Source of the DNA: a virus
Lineage: Duplodnaviria; Heunggongvirae; Uroviricota; Caudoviricetes
Reading direction: 5' to 3' (one strand)
IMG/VR virus record: IMGVR_UViG_3300027710_000010
Span: 117,763-181,762 of that record
Length of the DNA: 64,000 nucleotides
The notes beneath the pieces are model-generated. The model searched no databases. It had not been told where the DNA came from and saw nothing but the letters and a program-made list of their open reading frames with translations. The position numbers were made by a program, and so were the translations under genes. Shown here piece after piece: positions 37,011 to 46,404 of this stretch (positions are counted from its first letter, which is position 1; every line of letters begins with the position of its first letter).

Positions 37011-37290
37011 GAACGCTTTAGAATACATACGCCAGGACTGGTCAAGTCACCCCTGGCGTTTCGTTGCGGAGACTTACAATGCTTTTACAGCATTGGCCAC
37101 TGCTATTATATTTGCTTGGATGGCACCTAATGTGCCCTATGGCTTGACCTATCCCTTATGGTTAAGCGGCACAATTTTAATGATATTTTGCGGCATCAGC
37201 CGAAACAGCACGGGCATTGTGGTCATGAGTATACTCATGACCGTTATCGATGTTGTGGGCTATGCTCGCTTTTTGTTAGGCATGAACTAA
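37003..37290 (+). CDS. small multi-pass membrane protein
   Basis: Three hydrophobic segments. Confidence 0.7.
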   Translation: MLKNALEYIRQDWSSHPWRFVAETYNAFTALATAIIFAWMAPNVPYGLTYPLWLSGTILMIFCGISRNSTGIVVMSILMTVIDVVGYARFLLGMN

Positions 37291-38550
37291 ATGAACATTG
37301 GATTTATTGGCATAGGCAAACTGGGTTTGCCCTGTGCAGAACAAATGGCCCTGGGTGGGCATCAAGTTACGGGCTACGATGCCCTACCAAGATCCAGCAA
37401 TACCATCACAGTAGCACAGGATCTACGTCAAGCAGTAGAGGGTCAGGACATTGTGTTTATCGCAGTGCCCACACCCCACAACCCTGCTTATGATGGACGT
37501 GCGCCCACAGCACACCTAACACCTCGAGACTTTGATTACTCAATAGTTGAGTCCGTACTACAACAGGTCAATGAGTATGCCCATGCAGAACAGTTAGTGG
37601 TATTGATCAGCACAGTACTACCCGGCACTGTACGCAGACAACTTAGACCCTGCATTACACAGGCTCGCTTTATCTACAACCCCTACCTCATTGCCATGGG
37701 TTCAGTGGCTTGGGATATGGTCAACCCAGAGATGGTTATGATTGGCACAGAGGATGGCAGCTTGACTGGCGATGCTCGACAGCTGATTGAGTTCTACAAG
37801 ACCATCATGCAAAACAACCCACGCTATGAAGTAGGCACATGGGACGAATGTGAATGCATCAAGGTCTTTTACAATACCTTTATATCCACTAAGATTGGCC
37901 TGGCCAATATGATATTGGATGTGGCCGAACGTCAGGGCAACATCAACGTGGATGTAGTGACCAACGCTCTAGCTCGTAGTACCATGCGTATCATGGGTCC
38001 ACAGTATATGACAGCAGGCATGGGTGATGGGGGCGGTTGCCACCCTAGGGACAACATAGCACTTCGCTACATGGCACAGGAGTTGGGCATGGGCTATGAC
38101 CTATTTGATGCTGTGATGAATGCTCGTGAACAGCAGGCTCAAAACCTAGCTCTACGTCTATGCTCACTGGCCCGTGAACATGACATGCCTATATACATAC
38201 ACGGACGTGCTTACAAGCCTGGAGTGTCCTACGAGGATGGCAGCTATAGCCTATTGGTTGGACACTACTGTGAGGCCGCAGGATACCCTGTGGTCTATAT
38301 AGATCCATTGACTGGTCACAGTCCAGAGGGTCTAGTATTGGGTGTTGTGTTGTTGGCCCACAGTGCCAGCACTACCTACAAGTATGCCAACGGATCAGCT
38401 TTGGACAGTCTCTACTGTGAAATAGCCCCGGGCAGTGTGGTAGTTGATCCTTGGCGTCAATACACCAACAGCCAGCACAGAGTCGTACACTGGGGCAACA
38501 CTAGACCCCAAAGCGTCCTACAAACTCATCAACACCCACATCTGGCATAG
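37291..38550 (+). CDS. ugd: UDP-glucose/GDP-mannose 6-dehydrogenase
   Basis: IGFIGIGKLG, FIAVPTP, STVLPGT, YNPYL, KVFYNTF and GGGCHPRD motifs. Confidence 0.9.
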   Translation: MNIGFIGIGKLGLPCAEQMALGGHQVTGYDALPRSSNTITVAQDLRQAVEGQDIVFIAVPTPHNPAYDGRAPTAHLTPRDFDYSIVESVLQQVNEYAHAEQLVVLISTVLPGTVRRQLRPCITQARFIYNPYLIAMGSVAWDMVNPEMVMIGTEDGSLTGDARQLIEFYKTIMQNNPRYEVGTWDECECIKVFYNTFISTKIGLANMILDVAERQGNINVDVVTNALARSTMRIMGPQYMTAGMGDGGGCHPRDNIALRYMAQELGMGYDLFDAVMNAREQQAQNLALRLCSLAREHDMPIYIHGRAYKPGVSYEDGSYSLLVGHYCEAAGYPVVYIDPLTGHSPEGLVLGVVLLAHSASTTYKYANGSALDSLYCEIAPGSVVVDPWRQYTNSQHRVVHWGNTRPQSVLQTHQHPHLA

Positions 38551-39814
38551 AGCGTAAGTGGGCATAGTTGTAGTCAACTATCGCTTTGACCTCATGTGTG
38601 AACTCCACACGCTGAGCAGGTGGCCATGCTTGAATACTCCGCATGACATTGACCACTGCCAGCATACGATCATTGGCATTGGCCATGCTGTCATAGCCCT
38701 CATCCCACCATTGACCAAACGTTTTAAAGCCCAATGCCCGCAGGTGTGCCAGTGTACCTGCTGAACTCAGCATGACAAATGGATGCAGCCAAGTAATGGC
38801 TTTGAATGTTTTCTCTGTGACATGGACGGCTGGATTGTCCAATGCTCGTTTACGCCCTATGCCGTAGAAGTTGGTCTCTGATATGACACTGACCAAACTG
38901 TTGGCGTACAAGTCAACTGATGCTTGACTGCGATCCTGTGTAGCCCTAGTAAATTCCTCATCCACAACCAAGGGCAGTAGTTCTGCTGTGGCATCAATCA
39001 AAGTGTCTGTAATGTTCAAACGAAGTCTGGTATCAGCATGTCGATGGATCTCACTGGCCAGCTGATGACGCAGACGATCTGCATAGTCAAATAGGGGCAT
39101 ACTAAAGTAACTGTGATCCAGCAGAGCATGTTGATGGCACATGGCTATGAATATCATTCTATGGTCATGATGTGCATAGTTAAAGCTCAAGAACGTGTGT
39201 GACCTTGGCCCAGGCTGATACTGCACCGCTAGATCTCCATCAAAGTGCTGTCTATAGTCCCTAATCAAAAAGGGATTGGCATAGTGCAACTTCATGCGAT
39301 CGTTACGGGGCCATGCTTGTTGGTCAACATACTGCTGATATATCACATCAGCATTGGGCGCATTGGTCATGTAGATGACCTGTCTCAGTGGTATAGCCCA
39401 GTGATTGAAGTAGGCATGCATGGCATCAAACAGCTCGCCGGGCATGTAGGTCTCGCCCTCAACAGGAATCAATATGTAGCCATCGCCACGCCCTATGTGT
39501 CCCAATATGTGACGACTATGCGGATAGTGATCCAGTAGGCCACTACCTATGGTAAACTGATCTACAATTCCCCGTGTAGAAGCTATGGGAAACTTGAGTT
39601 CATATATGGCCCTGTCGGGTATACGGCCGAACTCAATGTGGGTTAACGCTATTTGATCCGGCCTAAATCTACGATAAAAATTAGGCCGTCGCCCATCATG
39701 TCCCATAGCAGTTGCACCCTCAACTGCCAGTTCCTCCAGTAGAGGAGGATAGACATTACTAACAGGACCTTGTGGAGTCAAGTAGTTATAGACAAAATTG
39801 GCTTTCATGTGCAT
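38501..39814 (-). CDS. glycan-modifying/glycosyltransferase-like protein
   Basis: SLVSVISETNFY..VTEKTFKAI..HPFV..GFKTF..WWDEGYD, a motif typical of large-phage glycan islands. Confidence 0.55.
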   Translation of the reverse strand: MHMKANFVYNYLTPQGPVSNVYPPLLEELAVEGATAMGHDGRRPNFYRRFRPDQIALTHIEFGRIPDRAIYELKFPIASTRGIVDQFTIGSGLLDHYPHSRHILGHIGRGDGYILIPVEGETYMPGELFDAMHAYFNHWAIPLRQVIYMTNAPNADVIYQQYVDQQAWPRNDRMKLHYANPFLIRDYRQHFDGDLAVQYQPGPRSHTFLSFNYAHHDHRMIFIAMCHQHALLDHSYFSMPLFDYADRLRHQLASEIHRHADTRLRLNITDTLIDATAELLPLVVDEEFTRATQDRSQASVDLYANSLVSVISETNFYGIGRKRALDNPAVHVTEKTFKAITWLHPFVMLSSAGTLAHLRALGFKTFGQWWDEGYDSMANANDRMLAVVNVMRSIQAWPPAQRVEFTHEVKAIVDYNYAHLRSMPDVGVDEFVGRFGV

Positions 39815-39889
39815 AACCTGTGGATAACTTGACAGCCCACGAGACCAATATGCGCGAAGCGCTCAGCGCCAGCAGAAAAATTTGTAGCG

Positions 39890-40042
39890 TTAAAATGCAT
39901 ACTTAATTAAGGGAACAGGTCCAATCTTATAGCCATTCGCACCACCAGAGGCCGTAATAGTATCTACACTGGCACAACCTGACATAACATGAACTACTAC
40001 TATACAGGCTATAACAAGGATAGTCAAGTGCAGTTTATCCAT
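39890..40042 (-). CDS. small lipoprotein (50 aa)
   Basis: Hand-translated MDKLHLTILVIACIVVVHVMSGCASV... Confidence 0.55.
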   Translation of the reverse strand: MDKLHLTILVIACIVVVHVMSGCASVDTITASGGANGYKIGPVPLIKYAF

Positions 40043-40163
40043 GCCGAGAGTCTCGTGTAAACATTACACGAAACTCTCTCAAGTCCGCGTCTAATGGTAG
40101 TCCGATCATGCCCAATCCAAAGCAAGCCAATCCATATAGTAAGTCAATGAATAACAAGTACAT
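40035..40163 (-). CDS. small membrane peptide (42 aa)
   Basis: Hand-translated; coupled to neighbours by overlaps. Confidence 0.4.
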   Translation of the reverse strand: MYLLFIDLLYGLACFGLGMIGLPLDADLREFRVMFTRDSRHG

Positions 40164-40264
40164 TAGTGTGGGCCATATGGGTTAAGGGGACGATCTGTTT
40201 CACCTTCCTGAGGTGGATATACAGGATACTGATTGGGATCGGTGTTAGTGTTCATAGTATAATA

Positions 40265-40608
40265 TATAGCAAAGGTCTAGCTGTGGGCTCATGCATATCG
40301 ACTGTATATACACTGTACACTATACACTAGACAATATAGTCTTCTCGACAACATCGTTCCAGTGTGGGATCAATCAACAGGGCAAGGTCTACACACTGCT
40401 CAGGTATCCAAAACATCATGTGCGTGTATCTATCACTGATGAATCCCGTTTTAAATTGGATTAACTGCCATAACCGTTCTCGAACATCAAGGCTGGAGGT
40501 GCATTTGAAACATAGCATACGCATAGTGATTGTATTTACTGTATATACGTATGGTCTAGCTGTGGGGTCCTGTGGGTACACTGTATAGCAAAGGTCTAGC
40601 TGTGGGCT
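40265..40608 (+). repeat. direct repeat TATAGCAAAGGTCTAGCTGTGGGCT (2 full copies + 1 partial)
   Basis: Copies at 40265-40289 and 40584-40608; core GGTCTAGCTGTGGG also at 40553-40566. Confidence 0.85.
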
Positions 40609-41020
40609 TTACTGTATATACAGTGGAGGAGGCGGAAAAGATAGGAAAGGTAGGGAGAGTATTTGAACATAGCCACTCGGCACCACAAGCCTATCAAAAA
40701 TTTCTGCACAGGATTCCTTATGCTAGGCCTATCAAATGACGTGTTCGCCCGGTTCTGTTGCACTTTTTCACACCTTTTTGCACCTTTCTACACCATTTGA
40801 CCACCGTTATCACCGCCTATTGCAACGGTTTCTACGGTGACACCATTGTGTATATACAGTGTGTCGATGATATGAGTGGAGCTGACTCCTGTGTAACTGC
40901 TATATACAGTATATACAGTGGAGTTGAGCTGACTCTTATCGACTGTATATACAGGGAGCATGCGATGGATCTAGATCACTATACACAGTATATACGGCGT
41001 CAACTCAGTCATATACAGTA
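40302..41020. repeat. cluster of CTGTATATA/TATATACAG motifs, including palindromes
   Basis: Sites at 40302, 40539, 40611 (ACTGTATATACAGT), 40851, 40901, 40910 and 40943 (CTGTATATACAG), plus degenerate copies. Confidence 0.85.
40327..40581 (-). CDS. hypothetical protein (FWIPE family)
   Basis: MMFWIPEQCVDLALLID; similar to 52333..52545 (RFWVPE). Confidence 0.55.
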   Translation of the reverse strand: MYPQDPTARPYVYTVNTITMRMLCFKCTSSLDVRERLWQLIQFKTGFISDRYTHMMFWIPEQCVDLALLIDPTLERCCREDYIV

Positions 41021-41162
41021 TGACACGAAGAGTGCTACACGAAACGCTCATTATCAATTGGGTCTACTAATAGGAGTTATCGCTCAAGCGGCGGCTCATG
41101 ACAATAAAATAATAGATATTATACAGGCGACTTTGGCGGAGAATCCACACAGGATTAAGTAG
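40965..41162 (+). CDS. small helical hypothetical protein
   Basis: Start MDLDHY after GGAG RBS. Confidence 0.6.
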   Translation: MDLDHYTQYIRRQLSHIQYDTKSATRNAHYQLGLLIGVIAQAAAHDNKIIDIIQATLAENPHRIK

Positions 41163-41326
41163 TATTAGGCGGCGGAGGACATCAAAAATTTGGCTAGGAT
41201 CGGCAGGTTTTCAAAACCATTTCCAAACCAAAATCATATTCAAAACCTTTCGCCCAGCCTCGCCGTCCATCCCCTTAAGCAGTTCGAACACTCTCTACAG
41301 TCTACCTGTTTTCTTATTATGTCTTA

Positions 41327-41355
41327 ATTATAGCACTGGTTCACCAAAATGTCAA
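41327..41355 (-). promoter_or_regulatory. divergent copy of the array promoter, firing into the repeat-rich zone
   Basis: TTGACA-TTTTGGTGAACCAGTGC-TATAAT on minus strand. Confidence 0.85.
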
Positions 41356-41451
41356 CCGGTGTGACGAACCCATGACGGCCGTGTGGGTATTATTTTGGCT
41401 CTTGACGTTTTGGTGGACCTGCGTTATAATACATTTTTAAAGGAAATAAAG

Positions 41452-41601
41452 ATGCTAGAAGCAAAAGACGCAAAACGTAAAATTGACAGTTTGATGTTGC
41501 AACTGCAAGACATGCTAGATCAAGTTGGGCTTGACGAAAGCGAGCCTGTGCAAAATGCTTTTAATGCATTAGCCATTGTCTTAGACGATGTTGCGTATTA
41601 A
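41452..41601 (+). CDS. early small hypothetical protein
   Basis: Follows promoter 41402; AAGGA RBS. Confidence 0.7.
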   Translation: MLEAKDAKRKIDSLMLQLQDMLDQVGLDESEPVQNAFNALAIVLDDVAY

Positions 41602-41660
41602 CAACACAACGAGTGCGGGTTCTGCTTGACAAACGGGCGGACCTGCGCTATAATTATGAT

Positions 41661-41996
41661 ATGATGATGACAAAGACACGCAGAACTCCACGCAAGGACA
41701 GCTCCTATGTCATATACGAGATGACCAGCGAGCTTGGGGACTCATACATTGGACTCACCCGCAAGGGCACTGTGACCCCGGTTAAAGCGGTCCTAGAGCG
41801 GTGGCGTAAGCATAAGAGCCGTGCTCGTAACGAAGATCGTCGATGGGCGCTCTATGTCTACTTGAAGACTGGTGGTTTGGACTTGGGCTGGACCCATACA
41901 ATCATCGCCATCGTGCGTGGCCGTGCTGAAGCTTATGCATACGAGCGTGAGCTGGTCAAGATGGCTGAACCCACACTCAATGACCAGTATCTGTAA
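41661..41996 (+). CDS. GIY-YIG-like nuclease domain protein
   Basis: YVIYEMT..GDSYIGLT..RWRKH..E..L..TLN; near-leaderless after promoter 41626. Confidence 0.7.
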   Translation: MMMTKTRRTPRKDSSYVIYEMTSELGDSYIGLTRKGTVTPVKAVLERWRKHKSRARNEDRRWALYVYLKTGGLDLGWTHTIIAIVRGRAEAYAYERELVKMAEPTLNDQYL

Positions 41997-42064
41997 ATGG
42001 GTATTGGTTGACAGATTGGGGGAGTGGCGCTATACTGTATGAACACTAACGAAACGGAGCAGAT

Positions 42065-42349
42065 ATGAAAACAGACCACACCATGTACATATACAAGGCA
42101 GATCGTCGTAAGAAGTCGGGCGAACGACTGGTGTCCACTACAGTATGGCGCAACAGGGATGCCGCAGAGATGGCACGTGAGGTGCGTGAACTCCAGTACG
42201 AGCTATATCCTACCAGCAAGGGATTCCGCATAGAGTTTGTGGCTACGATGAAGACTGTGATTAACTTGATGTCGGGCAAGGAAGTACAGATCCCACACGA
42301 TACTCCACGAAGCTGTGATCCCTCTAGTGAACTCTACTGGAGCATGTAA
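42065..42349 (+). CDS. early hypothetical protein
   Basis: C-terminal TVINLMSGKEVQIPHDTPRSCDPSSELYWSM, a common large-phage motif. Confidence 0.8.
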   Translation: MKTDHTMYIYKADRRKKSGERLVSTTVWRNRDAAEMAREVRELQYELYPTSKGFRIEFVATMKTVINLMSGKEVQIPHDTPRSCDPSSELYWSM

Positions 42350-42443
42350 TACCCATTCACACTGTCAGGTCTTTTAACTAGGACTTGACAGTTTGGGGGA
42401 CTGGTGCTATACTGTATGAACACTAACGCAATGGAGCAATGAA

Positions 42444-43154
42444 ATGAACTTACTCAGCACCGCAAATCCCAAAATCCAAAAGGGCACCAAGCTAGGCTAC
42501 CTCAGCTTTATCTTGCACCTTGCTCCTGCAGACTTGAGCGGTCACAATACATGCCCTAAGGCTACGGCTGGTTGTAAGGCGGCATGCTTGAACACTGCCG
42601 GTCGTGGTGGCATGTTCAAGAAGGGTGAGACGACCAACATGATCCAGAAGGCACGTATCCGCAAGACATTGAGCTTCTTTGCAGACCGCGAGCAGTTCAT
42701 GAAGGACTTGGCTAAGGACATCCGCAAAGGCATCAAGCAGGCCTCCAAGCTGGGATTGACTCCCGTGTTCCGTTTGAATGGTACTAGTGACTTATCGTTT
42801 GAAAAGTATGAAGTAGAAGGCGCTAAGAACATCTTTGAGCTTTTCCCTACTGTACAGTTCTATGACTACACTAAGGTCTTGGGCCGTAAGGTCACAGACA
42901 TTGCCAACTACCACTTGACCTTCAGTGCCGCAGATGGCAACGATGCAGATGTGAACAAGGCTATTGCACAGGACATGAACGTGACTGTGGTCTTTGATCG
43001 GATCCCTGCTGAGTACAAGGGCAAGCCTGTGTTCAACGCAGACGAGACTGACCTGCGCTTCTTGGATCCAAAAGGTGTGGTCTTGGGCTTGAAGGCTAAG
43101 GGTCGTGCTAAGAAAGACCGTACAGGCTTTGTGGTCTTTATGCAACAGGCTTGA
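42444..43154 (+). CDS. GP88-family (radical-SAM-like) protein
   Basis: LHLAPA, NTCPKATAGCKAACLNTAGRG, FRLNGTSD, FYDYTK and DETDLRFLD motifs. Confidence 0.75.
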   Translation: MNLLSTANPKIQKGTKLGYLSFILHLAPADLSGHNTCPKATAGCKAACLNTAGRGGMFKKGETTNMIQKARIRKTLSFFADREQFMKDLAKDIRKGIKQASKLGLTPVFRLNGTSDLSFEKYEVEGAKNIFELFPTVQFYDYTKVLGRKVTDIANYHLTFSAADGNDADVNKAIAQDMNVTVVFDRIPAEYKGKPVFNADETDLRFLDPKGVVLGLKAKGRAKKDRTGFVVFMQQA

Positions 43155-43209
43155 CATTTTGGTAGACCGGTGCTATACTATAGGTTAAGTTAAACAAAAG
43201 GAGCGAGCG

Positions 43210-43407
43210 ATGCGTACACAGACAACGAAGCTTTTGGAGATGATGGACGAAGGCCTTATCTCAGCTGAAGCCGTAGCAGAGATGGCACTGGCCTACATGA
43301 GCGAAGACGAAGTGGCAGACATGATGCGAAGCAACGATATCCTGGACGAGGATGAGGACGTGGAAGATGACTTCCCGTTGAGCATGGAATACGACGAAGG
43401 GGAATGA
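43210..43407 (+). CDS. early small acidic protein
   Basis: Follows promoter 43151. Confidence 0.8.
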   Translation: MRTQTTKLLEMMDEGLISAEAVAEMALAYMSEDEVADMMRSNDILDEDEDVEDDFPLSMEYDEGE

Positions 43408-43408
43408 C

Positions 43409-43660
43409 ATGCTGATAACTAACGAATGGGATAGGGACAATCTGAACTTTCTATTGAGTACAGATGACGCTTGCCTCAAACACTGGCATGCCCAAGCAGA
43501 CGCAGATGACTTGGTCTATGCCCAAGAACTGCTCGCAGCCTACAGTGAAGAGCTGATCCTTAAGGCCAAAGAGCTTAGGATCGAGTGCGAGATGGAGCTT
43601 AAAGGTACCCATGAAGCTAGTGTGGTTATTAATGGAGTGCTTGACAAGTTCAAGAAGTGA
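43409..43660 (+). CDS. early hypothetical protein
   Basis: DRDNLNFLL..W..QADADDLVYAQEL. Confidence 0.75.
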   Translation: MLITNEWDRDNLNFLLSTDDACLKHWHAQADADDLVYAQELLAAYSEELILKAKELRIECEMELKGTHEASVVINGVLDKFKK

Positions 43661-43699
43661 CGCTATACTATAGGTTAAGTTAAACAAAAGGAGCGCGAA

Positions 43700-44140
43700 A
43701 TGGGAACACGATCACTGACTTTCGTTTATGAAGGCGATGAAGCAATCATCAACATGTACCGCCAATATGACGGCTACCCGACAGGACACGGCGCAGAGCT
43801 GGCCACGTTCCTCTCGCAGTTCGAGGCTATCACCAATGGCATCCGTGTAGGCGACACACGTAAGATTGCCAACGGCATGGGTTGCTTGGCTGCTCAACTT
43901 GTGGGACACTTCAAAGGCACTGAGGCAGGCGGCTTTTACCTGTACCCAACTAGTGCCAAGGACTGCGGTCAGGACTACGAGTACCACGTATACTCTGACA
44001 CACGAGGCCTGTGCGTTCGCATTACCGATCGCGGGTGCAACATGTTTGGTCTCACAATGTCGGACAAGAACGATGCTGTCTTTGATGGTACAGTAGCAGA
44101 GTTCACAGAGTTTTGCACAGAGCGGGAGACAGCAGAATGA
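43700..44140 (+). CDS. conserved phage protein
   Basis: MGTRSLT..MYRQYDGYP.GHG..NGMGCLAAQLV..DYEYHV. Confidence 0.85.
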   Translation: MGTRSLTFVYEGDEAIINMYRQYDGYPTGHGAELATFLSQFEAITNGIRVGDTRKIANGMGCLAAQLVGHFKGTEAGGFYLYPTSAKDCGQDYEYHVYSDTRGLCVRITDRGCNMFGLTMSDKNDAVFDGTVAEFTEFCTERETAE

Positions 44141-44283
44141 CTTGGGTGACTTGGATTAGAGATCCCAAAACGGGTGCGACCTTTAAGGTCTCTGTACAGG
44201 CTGATGATGTGGGCACGGCCCGTATGATGTTTGAAGGACAGTACGGTAGCCAAAATGTACTGCACCTCCCAAGTGCGGCTTGA
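44137..44283 (+). CDS. small hypothetical protein (48 aa)
   Basis: Hand-translated MTWVTWIRDPKTGATFKVSVQADDVGTARMMFEGQYG...; ATGA overlap. Confidence 0.65.
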   Translation: MTWVTWIRDPKTGATFKVSVQADDVGTARMMFEGQYGSQNVLHLPSAA

Positions 44284-44336
44284 CAATAGTGCGGACCCGT
44301 GCTATAATATACTTTTACACACGTTAGGAGCGACTA

Positions 44337-45215
44337 ATGGCTAGAGTAGTAACGATGGAGATGTTAGCGGACATGAAGAGTTCTAAGGCAGAAACTAAGA
44401 GCTTGGAGATGGAGAAAGTGGAGAAGGTCTCTAGCGAGACTGACGACGAGATCAAAGCACGACTGCGTGAGCGCTTTGGTATTTTGGATGACATGACACG
44501 TGCTGTGAAGAAGGGTGCAGTACGAGCAATGATCGTGTCAGGTCCCCCGGGTGTGGGCAAGAGCTTTGGTGTTGAGAAGGTCTTGGGCAAGCATGACCTT
44601 ATGGCCAACGTTGCAGGCAATGAGAAGCTGAAGAAGTATGAAGTGGTCAAGGGTGCGATGTCAGCGCTGGGCCTGTACAGTAAGCTCTATCAATACAGTG
44701 ACAGCAAGAACATTCTCGTGTTCGATGACTGTGACAGCGTCCTGCTGGACGACCTCAGCCTTAACATCCTTAAGGCAGCATTAGACAGTGGCTCAAAGCG
44801 CATGATCCACTGGAACACAGACAGCCACATGCTAAACCGTGAAGGCATTCCCAACAGCTTTGAGTTCAAGGGCGGTGCTATCTTTATCACCAACATCAAG
44901 TTCGAGAACGTTAAGAGCAAAAAGCTCAAGGATCACCTTGAGGCTTTGGAGTCACGCTGTCACTATCTTGACCTTACCATTGACACAGAGCGTGAAAAGA
45001 TCCTACGTATCAAGCAGATCGTTGAAGACGGCATGCTGGACAAGTATGATTTTGAAGCGGGTGCAAGAGAAGAGTTGATGAACTTCATTGACAATAATAA
45101 GAAGAAGCTGAGAGAACTCAGCCTGCGTATGGTGCTTAAACTGGCTGATCTAAAGGCCAGCTTTCCAGAACGTTGGACTGGCATCGCTGAAATGACATGT
45201 ATGCGTCGTGGTTAA
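44337..45215 (+). CDS. AAA-family P-loop ATPase
   Basis: VSGPPGVGKSF (Walker A), VFDDCD (Walker B), FITN and ALESR motifs. Confidence 0.9.
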   Translation: MARVVTMEMLADMKSSKAETKSLEMEKVEKVSSETDDEIKARLRERFGILDDMTRAVKKGAVRAMIVSGPPGVGKSFGVEKVLGKHDLMANVAGNEKLKKYEVVKGAMSALGLYSKLYQYSDSKNILVFDDCDSVLLDDLSLNILKAALDSGSKRMIHWNTDSHMLNREGIPNSFEFKGGAIFITNIKFENVKSKKLKDHLEALESRCHYLDLTIDTEREKILRIKQIVEDGMLDKYDFEAGAREELMNFIDNNKKKLRELSLRMVLKLADLKASFPERWTGIAEMTCMRRG

Positions 45216-45273
45216 CTGATTCGCTCCCAGAAGACTAGACCCTACACTGTCTAAAATCCCAATGGGGTTTTGG

Positions 45274-45305
45274 AGCCCTGGACTCGCTCCCCAGGGCTTT
45301 TTTTT
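45274..45305 (+). terminator. Rho-independent terminator
   Basis: AGCCCTGG/CCAGGGCT stem followed by T-run. Confidence 0.85.
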
Positions 45306-45605
45306 GGTTGACATTTTGGCAGACCTGTGTTATACTATACACTAGACACTAAGGAGATCGCAATGGCAATGGTAGAAGGCAAACGGGTGCAAGTTGGTGA
45401 CACTGTCAGCTTTAAGTGTGACATCGAACAATGTGGGACAATCTACAAGATAGAAGGGGACAGGCTGTTCCTGGAGAGCAAGTACGGGTTCCAGGGAGAC
45501 TACATTGGCGGGCAGGAAAAGACCATACAGTCTGCCAGGGATTGTTGGATAGAGGGTTGACATTTTGGTAGACCTGTGTTATACTATACACTAGACACTA
45601 AGGAG
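45306..45605 (+). repeat. 51-bp near-perfect direct repeat flanking one cassette
   Basis: GGTTGACATTTTGGYAGACCTGTGTTATACTATACACTAGACACTAAGGAG at 45306-45356 and 45555-45605, one mismatch. Confidence 0.95.
45363..45560 (+). CDS. small SH3/KOW-like beta protein
   Basis: VQVGDTVSFKCDIEQCGTIYKI. Confidence 0.75.
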   Translation: MAMVEGKRVQVGDTVSFKCDIEQCGTIYKIEGDRLFLESKYGFQGDYIGGQEKTIQSARDCWIEG

Positions 45606-45610
45606 CTGAT

Positions 45611-45880
45611 ATGTTAAATGTAGATAAGATTGTTAAGGTATACAACGGTCGGATGGGTTGCATGTGCGGTTGCAATGGCAAGTATTCTTATACTGCCGAC
45701 GGTGCAGTTAACCATGGCCCCGGCTACGATGTTACGGCAAGCGTTAACGAACGCTCCGTGCGTATTATGGCTAAGAAGATACTGGCTAATCCAAATGTGG
45801 AGTTTGAAGACAATTATGCGTTCGTAGAAGATCGCGCCCGTAATAAAATGCAAGTGGTTTATTTTAAGGAGAATCAATAA
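45611..45880 (+). CDS. early hypothetical protein
   Basis: YNGRMGCMCGCNGKY. Confidence 0.8.
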   Translation: MLNVDKIVKVYNGRMGCMCGCNGKYSYTADGAVNHGPGYDVTASVNERSVRIMAKKILANPNVEFEDNYAFVEDRARNKMQVVYFKENQ

Positions 45881-46059
45881 TGGGTGTTATGAAAGATTTG
45901 AGTTACGATGTGGAAGCACTATTCATTGACGGGTGCAGTCCCACAGAGATCGCCGAGCAACTATCAATCCCAGTAGACCTGGTCAAAGGCTTCCTCACCA
46001 GCTTTGGAGTTGATGTTCGTGACCTGGAAGACGAAGTCTATAGTCCTTACAATCCGTAA
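45880..46059 (+). CDS. small HTH-like protein (59 aa)
   Basis: Hand-translated MGVMKDLSYDVEALFIDGCSPTEIAEQLSIPVDLV...; AAGGAG RBS. Confidence 0.7.
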   Translation: MGVMKDLSYDVEALFIDGCSPTEIAEQLSIPVDLVKGFLTSFGVDVRDLEDEVYSPYNP

Positions 46060-46127
46060 GGGTATTGGTTGACAGATTGGCGGACCTGCGTTATACTATA
46101 GGTTAAGTTAAACAAAAGGAGCGATAG

Positions 46128-46391
46128 ATGAACATAAGCAACATTGAGCAGTATGTGGAACAAAAGAACAGCTGGGGCAAGATCTTTGGCTCCAAGCCAC
46201 TTAGCCTGTTGAATGCGGCAGATCGCCAGAAGATCGCCAATAGCTTGGATGCAGACCTTAGTCCAGAGAACCTCACATGCGATGGCGAGGTGCGTGGTGC
46301 GGCACTTCAGAACAAGGCACGCTACCTGCAACGCTGTGCTCAAGAGTTGCAGAGCATTGACCCTGCTGTTACCTTTTATGAATTCAACTAA
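46128..46391 (+). CDS. early conserved hypothetical protein
   Basis: LSPENLTCDGE motif. Confidence 0.8.
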   Translation: MNISNIEQYVEQKNSWGKIFGSKPLSLLNAADRQKIANSLDADLSPENLTCDGEVRGAALQNKARYLQRCAQELQSIDPAVTFYEFN

Positions 46392-46404
46392 GAAAGAAGA
46401 CTAT

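Noticed and set aside
40302-41020. LexA SOS boxes
   Set aside because: Half-sites match CTGTATATA, but the spacing is CTG-N6-CAG rather than the required CTG-N10-CAG.
43325-43331. Additional GCGAAGC heptamer
   Set aside because: Inside a coding sequence with only a 3-bp stem; consistent with chance.
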